Positions 46,006 to 54,775 of a stretch of 64,000 nucleotides of DNA are shown one piece after another. The translations under genes and the position numbers were made by a program. This DNA is from Thermoplasmata archaeon. Lineage in GTDB: Archaea > Thermoplasmatota > Thermoplasmata > Lutacidiplasmatales > UBA184. The notes below the pieces were generated by a model that made no database searches, was not told the origin of the DNA, and saw nothing but the letters and a program-made list of their open reading frames with translations. Within the stretch, counting starts at the first letter, position 1. Each line of letters starts with the position of its first letter. The stretch lies in assembly GCA_022750155.1 (NCBI GenBank), contig JAKIWG010000001.1, forward strand, positions 81,138 to 145,137, read 5' to 3'.

Positions 46006-46998
46006 TTAAAGGGTTGTCGAACCGGCGGCCGTCGCCCCGGTGGGGGCGGGGGCGCCGACGTGGTGGTCGGCGAGGAACCTCTCGGCGTCCAGGGCCGCCA
46101 TGCACCCCAGTCCTGCGGCGGTCACCGCCTGCCGATACCGGTGGTCGTAGGCGTCCCCGGCCGCGAAGACCCCGGCGACGCTCGTCCGCGTGACTTCGGA
46201 GGTCTTGAGGTACCCTTTCGGGTCGAGGTCGACGTGGCCCCGGAACACCTCGGTGGCCGGCGTGTGCCCGATGGCGAGGAACAGCCCGTTGGCCTTGAGC
46301 TGGGAGATCGCGCCCGTCTTGCGGTGCCTCAGCCGCAACCCTTCGACGGTCTCTCCCCCGAGCACGTCGACGACCTCGGTGTCGAACACGAAGGAGATCT
46401 TCGGGTTCGCCTTCGCGCGGTCGACCATGATCCGGCTCGCCCTCAGCTCGCCGCGCCGGTGGATCACCGTCACCTGGGTCGCGAAGGTCGTCAGGAACAG
46501 CGCCTCCTCCATCGCCGAATCGCCACCGCCGATCACGGCGACCTCCTTCCCCCGGAAGAAGAACCCGTCGCACGTGGCGCACGCCGAGACGCCGTGGCCC
46601 CGCAGCCGCTGCTCGGCCGGGAGGTCGAGCCAGCGGGCGTTCGCCCCCGTCGCGAGGATCACGGCGTCGGCCTCGACGCGCCCGGAGAGGCCGACCTCCA
46701 GGCGGAACGGGTGGACCCGGAAGTCGACGGCCGTGACGTTCGCGTCGACGAAGACCGCGCCGAACCGCTCGGCCTGCGCCCGGAACTTCTCCATCAGCTG
46801 CGGGCCCTGGATCCCCTCGGGGAACCCCGGATAGTTCTCCACGTCCGTCGTGAGCATCAGCTGCCCCCCGGCCGGGACGCCGGAGATGACGACCGGCTTC
46901 AGGCTCGCTCTCGCCGCGTAGATCGCGGCGGTGAGCCCGGCCGGACCGCTCCCGACGATCGCGAGGCGGCTGCGGTGGGCCGCGGAGGCGTCGGTCAT
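46006..46998 (-). CDS. trxB: Thioredoxin reductase
   Basis: GSGPAG, GGQL..T..VENYPG, CATCDG, GGGDSAMEEA, HRR..LRA, AAGD. Confidence 0.95.
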   Translation of the reverse strand: MTDASAAHRSRLAIVGSGPAGLTAAIYAARASLKPVVISGVPAGGQLMLTTDVENYPGFPEGIQGPQLMEKFRAQAERFGAVFVDANVTAVDFRVHPFRLEVGLSGRVEADAVILATGANARWLDLPAEQRLRGHGVSACATCDGFFFRGKEVAVIGGGDSAMEEALFLTTFATQVTVIHRRGELRASRIMVDRAKANPKISFVFDTEVVDVLGGETVEGLRLRHRKTGAISQLKANGLFLAIGHTPATEVFRGHVDLDPKGYLKTSEVTRTSVAGVFAAGDAYDHRYRQAVTAAGLGCMAALDAERFLADHHVGAPAPTGATAAGSTTL

Positions 46999-47020
46999 GA
47001 CATCGAACCGGCTCGGACGC

Positions 47021-47566
47021 CTAAATAGGCTCGGGAGGGCCGGGGGAAGCAGGTGGAGCGAGGCGGACCCGCTCCGGGCCGTCCGGTTCGCCGTAGCGGG
47101 AGCGGAAGAACAGGAGGGGGGCGCCGTCCCGTCCGGCCTCGAAGGCGTCGACCGCCCCGATGATCAGCACGTGGTCGGAGACGTCGACGGTCCGCTCGAC
47201 GCGGCAGCCGAACGTGGCGAGGGTCCCGTCCAGGCAGAGCAGTCCGGAAGGGCCGTGGTGGACGGGAAGGCCCTCGAACTTGGCCGACGGCGACGCCGTG
47301 GAGGCGAAGCGCTCGGAGATCGCCCGCTGCTCGGCGGAAAGGAGGTGGACCTCGAACCGCCCGCTCCGCACCACCGCCGGGGTCGTGTCGGCGTCGTGGG
47401 TGAGCGAAACGAGCAGAAGCGGGGGGTGGAGGGAGATGGAGAGGAACGCGTTCACGGTAAGACCGTAGTGCGTCGGACCCTCCTGGGCCGTGACGACGCT
47501 GACCCCGGTGGCCCATCGGGCCATCAGCTGGCGGAACGCCTGGGGGTCGACGGAGGGCTCAGGCAT
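47021..47566 (-). CDS. Flavin reductase-like protein
   Basis: FR..M...ATGV.VVT, G.TVN.F.S.SL.PP, DH.L.IG.V, PL.F. Confidence 0.9.
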   Translation of the reverse strand: MPEPSVDPQAFRQLMARWATGVSVVTAQEGPTHYGLTVNAFLSISLHPPLLLVSLTHDADTTPAVVRSGRFEVHLLSAEQRAISERFASTASPSAKFEGLPVHHGPSGLLCLDGTLATFGCRVERTVDVSDHVLIIGAVDAFEAGRDGAPLLFFRSRYGEPDGPERVRLAPPASPGPPEPI

Positions 47567-47587
47567 CGGAGGCCCCCTGTCGCCCGC

Positions 47588-48691
47588 TCATTCGTCGCGC
47601 CATTTGAACGCCACGATCGCCGCCACGAACAGGAGCGAAGCTCCCACGAAGACGATCGCGAGGTCGACGGCGGCCCGGCCGAGGTTGCCGAACAGAAGGA
47701 CCTGGTTCATCCCGTCGATGACGTAGAAGAGGGGCAGGATGTGCGCGAACGTCTTGAGCGCCGGGCTGAACGAGGAGACCGGGAAGAACGTTCCGGATAG
47801 GAACATCATCGGGAACGTGATGATGTTGCCGATCACCCCGGCCGACTCGGGGGTCTTGGCGACCGATCCCGCGAGCATCCCCAGCGACACGAAGAACAGC
47901 GGGCCGACGAACAGGAATGGGAGGACCGCGATGTTCAGCGTCACGTGGGCATGGAAGACGACGGTACCGAACCCGATCATCATCGCCGCCGAGACGAACG
48001 TGAGGGCGATGTAGAACAGGATCTTCGACAGCAGCCACTCGCCCTTGGTGAGCGGGGTCAGCGAGAGCTGCCGGAACAGCCGCTCCTTCTTGTACGTCGA
48101 GCTGATCTCGACCATCGCGAACATCGGACTCGTGACGATGGTGAATCCGATCAGCCCGGGGATCAGGTAGTCGATGTTGTTGAACAGCGTGCTGCCGAGA
48201 CCGTTCGCATGGACCCCGATGAATGGTCTTCCCCCGGCCGCCCGCAGGTTGAACGCATTGGCGACCCCCTGGACGCTCCCCTCGGTGACCCCCGAGGAGA
48301 GCTGGTCCTCCGGGTTGACGAAGACCGTGACGTTGAGCGGCGTCTTGTTGGCGTAGGCGGCGCCGAACCCGGCCGGGATCACGAGCCCCGCGGGGTCCCC
48401 GTTCTGACCGAGCCACTGGGAGAAGTTGCCGACGACCGACGGGTCGATGACCTGGACGGTCACCGCCCCGGTCCCGTTGAGCGCCGCCAGGAACGCGACG
48501 CTGGCGTTCGACTGGTGGTCGAGGTTCTCCGCGTAGACCGTGATCGTCGGCGCCGCGGAGTTCGAGTAGATCAGGCCGAAGATCCCGATCAAGATCAGCG
48601 GGAAGATCAGCGAGAAGAACAATCCGAACGGGTTGCGCAGGTATCCCCGGGAGAACACGCCGAAATCCGCCGCCACCCGCCGCGGGTTCAC
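47588..48691 (-). CDS. ABC-2 type exporter permease
   Basis: FFSLIFP, DYLIPG, L.LTPL, FLSG.FFP; 6 TM. Confidence 0.9.
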   Translation of the reverse strand: MNPRRVAADFGVFSRGYLRNPFGLFFSLIFPLILIGIFGLIYSNSAAPTITVYAENLDHQSNASVAFLAALNGTGAVTVQVIDPSVVGNFSQWLGQNGDPAGLVIPAGFGAAYANKTPLNVTVFVNPEDQLSSGVTEGSVQGVANAFNLRAAGGRPFIGVHANGLGSTLFNNIDYLIPGLIGFTIVTSPMFAMVEISSTYKKERLFRQLSLTPLTKGEWLLSKILFYIALTFVSAAMMIGFGTVVFHAHVTLNIAVLPFLFVGPLFFVSLGMLAGSVAKTPESAGVIGNIITFPMMFLSGTFFPVSSFSPALKTFAHILPLFYVIDGMNQVLLFGNLGRAAVDLAIVFVGASLLFVAAIVAFKWRDE

Positions 48692-49620
48692 GGGGACCTC
48701 CGCGCGGCGACCTCGCCCTCGTCCATCTGGCCCACCATCTGGATGAACACGTCCTCGAGCGTGTCGTGGACCGTCCCGAAATCCTTCCAGGGGATGCCGC
48801 TCTCTTCGATCGCGGTGAGGACCCGCAGCGCGTCGTGCGGGGTGCGCAGCTCGATCTCGAGGGTGCCCCGGTCGGTCGTGACCGGGACCTGGAGGTTGCT
48901 GCGGAGATAATCGGCGAGCGACGGCGGTCCGTCCACGCGCAGCCGCTCCGGACGCCCGTGCGCGGTGATGATGTCCGAGGAGGTCCCCTCGGCGATGATC
49001 TTCCCGTGGTGGATGATCGCCACCTGGTCGGCGAGCAGCTCGGCCTCTTCCAGGTAGTGGGTCGTGAGAAAGACGGTCCGGCCCTCGGAACGCAGGTTCC
49101 GGATGACCTCCCAGATCCCCCGGCGGGCGCTCGGGTCGAGGCCCGTCGTCGGCTCGTCCAGGAAGAGGACCTTGGGCTCGCTCACGAGCGCAAGGGCGAG
49201 CCCGAGCTTCTGCTTCTGTCCTCCCGACAGGGTGTCAAAGTTCGCCTCGGCCTTGTCCGAGAGCTTCACCCGAGCGAGCATCTCGGTCGGGTCGGGATGG
49301 GTGCCGAACAACACCCCGTAGTATCGGATCGCCTCGGCGGGCCGCGTCTTCTCGAAGAACCGGAACTCCTGGGGGATCACGCCGATCTGCTGGTGGAGCT
49401 CCCGTCCCTGCGACCAGGGGTCGAGCCCCAGGACGCTGACCTCTCCGTCGGTGCGTCGCCGCAACCCTTCCAGGATCTCCACGGTCGTCGTCTTTCCCGC
49501 GCCGTTCGGCCCGAGGAAGGCGAACACCTGCCCCGAAGGAACGGAGAAGTCGACGCCGTCCACGGCCGCGAGCTCGCCGTACCGCTTCACGAGCCCGCGT
49601 ACGCGGATGGCATCGCTCAT
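48688..49620 (-). CDS. ABC-2 type exporter ATP-binding protein
   Basis: GPNGAGKTT, LSGGQKQ, FLDEPTTGLD, TTHYLEEA. Confidence 0.95.
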   Translation of the reverse strand: MSDAIRVRGLVKRYGELAAVDGVDFSVPSGQVFAFLGPNGAGKTTTVEILEGLRRRTDGEVSVLGLDPWSQGRELHQQIGVIPQEFRFFEKTRPAEAIRYYGVLFGTHPDPTEMLARVKLSDKAEANFDTLSGGQKQKLGLALALVSEPKVLFLDEPTTGLDPSARRGIWEVIRNLRSEGRTVFLTTHYLEEAELLADQVAIIHHGKIIAEGTSSDIITAHGRPERLRVDGPPSLADYLRSNLQVPVTTDRGTLEIELRTPHDALRVLTAIEESGIPWKDFGTVHDTLEDVFIQMVGQMDEGEVAARRSP

Positions 49621-49645
49621 TTTCGCCCGGCCGAGGGGCAGAATG

Positions 49646-51856
49646 TTAAGAGGTCTTGGGCCGCGCGGCGCCCCACGGGATCGAGGCGGTGGTCGAGGGG
49701 AGCACCACCACGCGCGCGACGGGTGCCACGACCTCGATCGGGCGGGTCCCTCGCCACCTCACTCCCAGCTCGGTCGGATGCCACTCGAGGTCGAGGAGTC
49801 CGTCCCCGACCCGCAGGGAATGGAGGGAAGCCTGTTCCCATCCGGCGGGGAATCGCGGGTCGATGGCGATCGACTGGGCGCCGGGACCGATGCGGAGTCC
49901 CCACAGCCGCTCGAAGACCGTCGTCAGGAACGGGGCGACGCTGAACCCGAGGAGAAAGCACGAGTTGAACGGTTCCGCGCGGTCGCCCCGATAGCATTCG
50001 TTCGCCAGGCCCTGTTCCGACAGCAGGTGACGAGCGAGGATGTTCAGGTACCGGATCCCGAGGTCGGACTCCCCCACCGAAAGCGCGGCGTCCGCCGCCC
50101 ACGCCGTGGCGATCGACCAGACCTGCCCGTCGTGATACGCCTGGGGGTCGTATTCCGGTGCCCCCGAGGAGAGCGTCCGGACCCCCCAGGGGGTCGACAG
50201 GTCCTCCCTCGCGGCCCGGCGGACGGCCCGGATCGCCCACTCGGGCGGGAGCAGCCCCGCGCTCACCGCCCGCAACGCGTTCGGCCGAAGTTTCTTCACC
50301 GGGGTCCCGTCGACCCGCAGGGAGTCGAACAGGTACCCTTCCTCGGCCCATCGGTACGCGCCGAGACGACCACGGACCTGGGCGGCCTCGGCCCGGAGGC
50401 CGCCGGCGGACGCCGGGGCGTCGACCCCCGAGGAGAGGTCGGCCGCCGCCTCCAGGGCCGAGATCCACAGCGCCTGCAGGTCGATCGCGTGGTCCCGCCG
50501 GTCGGTCGAGTCCCAGATGGTCGTATCGATCGCGTCGATCCCGAAGTGGATCGAACCGAACCGATGGGTCACCCCATCGATCGCCTCGACCTCCCCGCCG
50601 TGTCGGAACAGCCCAGTGGTCCCATCGCATTTGGCCCGTCCCCACCGGATCGCGGCGTCCACTCCCTGGGAGAGTTCCATCGCGAGCGAAGGGTCGCCGG
50701 CGTGGCGGGTCCACTGATCGATGACCGACGGGTAGTACAGGGTGGTGTCCGAGGTACCGAACAGGAAGATGGGGCCGGGTGAGACCTGCATCGGGATCTC
50801 TCCCTTCGACGCGCCCAGGATCCGCAGGGTCCGGGGGGCCTGGTATCGGAACACCGTCCTCAGCGAGCGGGCGGCCCAATCGAAATCCCCCAGCCAGAGC
50901 ACGGCGGGGAGCATCCAGGCGAGGTCCCGGCACCAGATCGCCCCGTACCAGGGATACCCGGCCACCAATCCGGTCATGGCGGGGTCGGGCGAGGTGTAGA
51001 GCCGGCGCAGGGCGGCCGTCGCGAGGGCGCAGCCTCGCTCGAGCTCCGGCGCCTGGGGAAAGCGTAGGACGGGCGTCCCGGCGATCCACGCATTCCACGG
51101 CCGGTCGCACGATTCGACCCACCCGTCCCCCTCGCGGAGCCAACGCACCCCGAACTGGGGGTCGTGCTCGATGGTGGCTTCCAGCCCGCCCCAGATCACC
51201 CATCGGAAGACGGCCGGGACCCCGGGGCGCGCTACCCCCTCGTGGTCGCTCATCACCGAGGAGAGCTCCCCCTCCCACTGACCCCCGAGCCAGGAGGCAC
51301 GGTTGAGGGACAGGTGCGAGGGGAGGGGCAGGGCGTCGAGGGCGAGCCCGTACCGATGGCTCGACACGTACGCGCCTTCACCGCTCGTCCGGACCTGGTA
51401 GTCGTACGGTTTGACGCCCTCGACGAGCACGGGCGCTAGGTACGGACGGAACTCCGATTCCACCAACACCCGGACGTCGGAGTCCCCCGTGGTGGAGACC
51501 GATAGCTCACGGCCGATGGCGGGGCCCGCCGGCGAGACCACTACCGACTCACGGACCGACAGCGGCGGGAAGGCGTGGAGGACCTCCCATCGTCCGGGCA
51601 ACGCACGAACGGTCGCCCCGGGAGCGGGCAACGTGACGACCTGACCTGGGGTCGCAATCCGCAGGGTCCACGGACCTGTGAGTCGGATTCCCGCGGCGTA
51701 CGCTCCCCCCCACTCCATGACCGCTCCCCGGCTTTCCCAGGACAACTCCATCCGGCCACTGGAGTCGCCGATGACCGCCGCGGCGAGTCCGGTCGCGAGG
51801 ATCGGCGAAGGCCGCTCGGGGCCGGGTTCCCCGAGGGTCGCGGGCCGCCCACTCAC
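49646..51856 (-). CDS. Amylo-alpha-1,6-glucosidase/glycogen-debranching-like (alpha/alpha)6 glycoside hydrolase
   Basis: AGYPWY..IW.RD, GEIP, S.D.T, W.DS, LSTPWGVRTLS, YHDGQVW, ECY; GTG 51856 overlaps the upstream TGA. Confidence 0.82.
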   Translation of the reverse strand: MSGRPATLGEPGPERPSPILATGLAAAVIGDSSGRMELSWESRGAVMEWGGAYAAGIRLTGPWTLRIATPGQVVTLPAPGATVRALPGRWEVLHAFPPLSVRESVVVSPAGPAIGRELSVSTTGDSDVRVLVESEFRPYLAPVLVEGVKPYDYQVRTSGEGAYVSSHRYGLALDALPLPSHLSLNRASWLGGQWEGELSSVMSDHEGVARPGVPAVFRWVIWGGLEATIEHDPQFGVRWLREGDGWVESCDRPWNAWIAGTPVLRFPQAPELERGCALATAALRRLYTSPDPAMTGLVAGYPWYGAIWCRDLAWMLPAVLWLGDFDWAARSLRTVFRYQAPRTLRILGASKGEIPMQVSPGPIFLFGTSDTTLYYPSVIDQWTRHAGDPSLAMELSQGVDAAIRWGRAKCDGTTGLFRHGGEVEAIDGVTHRFGSIHFGIDAIDTTIWDSTDRRDHAIDLQALWISALEAAADLSSGVDAPASAGGLRAEAAQVRGRLGAYRWAEEGYLFDSLRVDGTPVKKLRPNALRAVSAGLLPPEWAIRAVRRAAREDLSTPWGVRTLSSGAPEYDPQAYHDGQVWSIATAWAADAALSVGESDLGIRYLNILARHLLSEQGLANECYRGDRAEPFNSCFLLGFSVAPFLTTVFERLWGLRIGPGAQSIAIDPRFPAGWEQASLHSLRVGDGLLDLEWHPTELGVRWRGTRPIEVVAPVARVVVLPSTTASIPWGAARPKTS

Positions 51857-52329
51857 GGTGCCGGTCCCGGGAGCAGCACGTCGCTGAACTCGAACCAGAC
51901 CTTCGGGGGGATCGCGATACTCTGGAGTTCCAGCCGGATCCGGTGCCGGTGAGAATCGCCGGCCGTCGGATGGAGTAGGAATTCGCATCGAGCCCCCACC
52001 GGGATCGTCAGCGGCCGATCTCGGTCGACCTCGGCCGAGGGCCGGGGTGGGAGGCCGTCCGGGACGACCGTGACCTGCCCGGCGGGGATTTCGGTCCCAT
52101 CCCACAGGACCCGTACCGCCGAGAACGCCCCCATTCGGAGCGGCGGATTGCGGAGCGTGAAGGCGGCCCTCCCCCCCTCGATGCGGAGCGAGCCGGGCTC
52201 GTACACGGAGTGGAGGAGCAGCTCTCCCAACCGGGCGAGCTCGACGACCGCGTGAAATCCGTACCCGATGCCTAGGGAGATTCCCTGGTCGAGGAGGGAG
52301 AGGTCGGCACGGGTCGCACTCCGGAGCAT
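51853..52329 (-). CDS. Small beta-sandwich protein (DUF6379/C-glycoside deglycosidase beta-subunit-like)
   Basis: VY..GSLR...F.LRNP..R...S.V.V..DG..IP...H.I.L pattern; family call is tentative. Confidence 0.5.
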   Translation of the reverse strand: MLRSATRADLSLLDQGISLGIGYGFHAVVELARLGELLLHSVYEPGSLRIEGGRAAFTLRNPPLRMGAFSAVRVLWDGTEIPAGQVTVVPDGLPPRPSAEVDRDRPLTIPVGARCEFLLHPTAGDSHRHRIRLELQSIAIPPKVWFEFSDVLLPGPAP

Positions 52330-52427
52330 CCCTGCCCCCGAGGGCCCCCCGGTCCTTAGACGTTCGGGGGACGGGGGGTTTCCGCCGGCTCATTAGGCGG
52401 AAGCGCTGATGCGGCGCGGAGGCGAAG

Positions 52428-53618
52428 TTGGACGCGGTCGTCTTGGGAGGCGGGGGGTTGACGGGCCGCTGCACGGTCCGCGACCTCGCCCGGGGCCGGA
52501 AGTTCCAGCGCATCCGGGTGGCGGACCTCGACCTCGAACTGGCCGAGGCGGCCGCGAGCTCCGCGGAGGGCACCCCCACCACCGCAGAGCGGGTGGACGT
52601 GCGCGACCCCTCCTCGCTCCGCCGGCTGCTCGAGGGGGCCGCGGTGTGCGTGAACGCCGTCCAGTACACGTTCAACGTCGAGGTGATGGAATCCTGCCTC
52701 GCCGCCGGGGTCCCCTACCTCGATTTCGGCGGCTTGTTCCACATGACGAGAAAGCAGCTCGCGCTCGACTCACGGTTCCGCGACGCCGGGCTCCTCGCGA
52801 TCCCCGGCCTGGGTCAGGTGCCGGGGGTCTCGAACGTGTTGGCGATGGAGGCGACCCGAGACCTCGACCGGGTCGAATCGATCGTCATACGGGACGGCTG
52901 GCGGGACCTGACCGTCGGGGGACCTGAGGTCCTCTTCACCTGGTCCCCGAGCACCTTCCTCGATGAGATGCAGATGAACGCGGTCGTGTTCGAGGGGGGG
53001 GAGTACCGGGAGCATCCGCCCATGAGCGGGGCGGAGCGTTTCGATTTCGAGGCGCCGGTGGGGCCGACGACGGTCTACCGGACCCTGCACTCGGAGGCCG
53101 CGACGCTTCCGCAGAGCCTCCGGGAAAAGGGGTTGCGCCACTGCGAGTGGAAGGAGGGGGGGCCCGGCATCGACCTGCTTCGCACCATGGCGCTCCTCGG
53201 GCTGGGCGGAGAACGCCCCGTCGACGTCCGAGGACACGCGGTGGTGCCCCGCGAGTTCCTGCTGGCCCTCCTGAAGCGGGAGAAGCTCCTCGGGGTTCCG
53301 CCGGGGGTCCTCGTCGACGATTGGGAGGTGGTCGACCTCGAGATCCACGGAATGAAAGGCGCGACCCCAGAAGTCCGACACGCGATCGGGCGATTCCCCC
53401 CGAAACCGGAGTGGGGGCTGACCGCGACGGAGTACGCCGTCGGGGTATGCGGGGCGATCGGCGCGGAGATGATCATCGCCCACGAGACGGTCGGGGTAGG
53501 GGTGGTCCCCCCGGAGCTCTGCCTGGTCGGATCCCGGTTCCGTGCCGAGCTGCGGGAGCGAGGGATCGAGACCACGATCCGCCCGGTAGAGCCCGCACTC
53601 CCCCCGTTCCGCACCTAG
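52428..53618 (+). CDS. Saccharopine dehydrogenase / lysine 6-dehydrogenase family oxidoreductase
   Basis: VLGGGGLTG Rossmann motif, Y.D.GG, GLG..PG.SN, WSP.T.LDE, HSE.ATLP; GGAGG before TTG. Confidence 0.85.
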   Translation: MDAVVLGGGGLTGRCTVRDLARGRKFQRIRVADLDLELAEAAASSAEGTPTTAERVDVRDPSSLRRLLEGAAVCVNAVQYTFNVEVMESCLAAGVPYLDFGGLFHMTRKQLALDSRFRDAGLLAIPGLGQVPGVSNVLAMEATRDLDRVESIVIRDGWRDLTVGGPEVLFTWSPSTFLDEMQMNAVVFEGGEYREHPPMSGAERFDFEAPVGPTTVYRTLHSEAATLPQSLREKGLRHCEWKEGGPGIDLLRTMALLGLGGERPVDVRGHAVVPREFLLALLKREKLLGVPPGVLVDDWEVVDLEIHGMKGATPEVRHAIGRFPPKPEWGLTATEYAVGVCGAIGAEMIIAHETVGVGVVPPELCLVGSRFRAELRERGIETTIRPVEPALPPFRT

Positions 53619-53641
53619 GCTGCCCGCGCCGCGGTCGTAGG

Positions 53642-53673
53642 GCCCCGGTCGGGGGGTCCATCGGGACCGGGGC
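53642..53673. terminator. Stem-loop after the dehydrogenase gene
   Basis: GCCCCGGTC...GACCGGGGC perfect 9-bp inverted repeat. Confidence 0.4.
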
Positions 53674-53716
53674 GCCGAACCCAACGGGGATGAGCGGGGG
53701 AGCGCTGGACGTGGGG

Positions 53717-53944
53717 ATGCCGTACGTCGAGTACGATGAGGTCGAAGCGGCGTGCGCGGAATGCGGGCGTCTGTTCCGGTCGGAGGAGGCGCTCGAGGCC
53801 CATCGGACCGACGCCCACCCCGGAGAGGCGGTGACGACCACCATCCCGAGTTCCGCGCCGACCATCCGGTGCACCGTGTGCCGGATGTCGTTCGCGACCC
53901 TCTCAGCGCTCCAACGGCACAACCGCCAAGCCCACACCAACTGA
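53717..53944 (+). CDS. Microprotein with two classical C2H2 zinc fingers
   Basis: CAECGRLFRSEEALEAHRTDAH and CTVCRMSFATLSALQRHNRQAH, both C-x2-C-x3-F-x5-L-x2-H-x4-H; alternative ATG at 53690. Confidence 0.85.
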   Translation: MPYVEYDEVEAACAECGRLFRSEEALEAHRTDAHPGEAVTTTIPSSAPTIRCTVCRMSFATLSALQRHNRQAHTN

Positions 53945-53947
53945 ATC

Positions 53948-54036
53948 GGGGAACGCGCGGGCCCTGACGCCGGCGACGACCGTTGTCGATGTGCGCAACG
54001 GCGCACAACGAATATCCGGTCGAATACGCGTTCCCC
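53948..54036 (+). ncRNA. Candidate structured RNA element 3' of the zinc-finger gene
   Basis: Perfect 10-bp closing stem GGGGAACGCG/CGCGTTCCCC enclosing TGTGCGC-AACG-GCGCACA and further stems. Confidence 0.45.
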
Positions 54037-54175
54037 AGGTGTTATACGTCATCCGGGGCGAACGAAGGTCGCCCCCGAAGGCCCGGTGAGGGGCGGGGTG
54101 TTTCGGGGGCGCCCTAGGGCGGCCATCGAGGCCTACCGCTCATCAGGCGAGTCGGGGTATGGGCTCGGAGTCCCA

Positions 54176-54496
54176 GTGTCCGAGGTGGAGTCGGTCGTAG
54201 CCGATCTGAAGGCGGAAGGCGCGACGTATCGCGAGACGGTTCGGGCCGCCACGATGAGCGTCGGAGTGTACGTCCTGGCCGCCGGGGCCGAGGATCGCCA
54301 GACACCGCATACCGAGGACGAGGTCTACTTCGTCGTCCGGGGCCGTGGGAGTTTCCGTGCGGGCTCGATCGAGCACGCCGTCGAACTGGGGACGACGCGG
54401 TTCGTCCCCGCAGGGGAGCCCCACCGGTTCCACCACATCGAGGAGGAGTTGGTGCTCCTGGTCGTCTTTGCGCCCCCCGAACGACCCACGGGTTAG
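54176..54496 (+). CDS. Cupin domain protein
   Basis: SVGVY.L.AG..D.Q.PH.EDEVY, FVPAG.PHRFH; GGAG before GTG 54176. Confidence 0.88.
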   Translation: MSEVESVVADLKAEGATYRETVRAATMSVGVYVLAAGAEDRQTPHTEDEVYFVVRGRGSFRAGSIEHAVELGTTRFVPAGEPHRFHHIEEELVLLVVFAPPERPTG

Positions 54497-54588
54497 GTAC
54501 CCTCGAGGGACGTCCCACGGCCGTTCGGCAGCGGGAGGGCCCCGCGCGCCGGCCCGGAGGCCCCGGGACGCAGTCCGGAGGGGCAAAT

Positions 54589-54735
54589 GGTAGGATTCTA
54601 CCCAAACATAGTGGAATTTCTACTATCAATTGACCACTAAGAGCGATGGTTGGAGCTATTCATACAACAAGCTACAACTGGGTGTACATTATATGCGAAC
54701 TGTAATGAGTTCTCCCAACTCGGCATTTATTTATA
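54589..54735 (+). promoter_or_regulatory. AT-rich regulatory region with two related palindromes and a TATA box
   Basis: GGTAG-GATT-CTACC (54589-54602), ATAGTGGAA-T-TTCTACTAT (54608-54626), TTTATTTATA (54726-54735); about 40% GC. Confidence 0.7.
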
Positions 54736-54775
54736 GCCCGCTCTGGCTGGGCGAACCCACTAGGATGTGTAAATT

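Noticed and set aside
54095..54150. Minus-strand CTGATGAG...CGAAAC, a hammerhead-like core
   Set aside because: Stem II does not close next to GAAAC, and no stem III/NUH/stem I arrangement could be built.
53942..54176. Zinc-finger TGA is in frame with the cupin ORF with no intervening stop (readthrough or selenocysteine fusion?)
   Set aside because: Stop-free stretches of this length are common at this GC content, the linker is not protein-like, the cupin has its own SD/start, and no Sec machinery is visible.
54615..54630. AATTTCTACT resembles the 5' part of a Cas12a CRISPR repeat within an AT-rich, leader-like stretch
   Set aside because: Single copy, no GTAGAT half, no spaced repeats and no cas genes; better explained as half of a palindromic operator.
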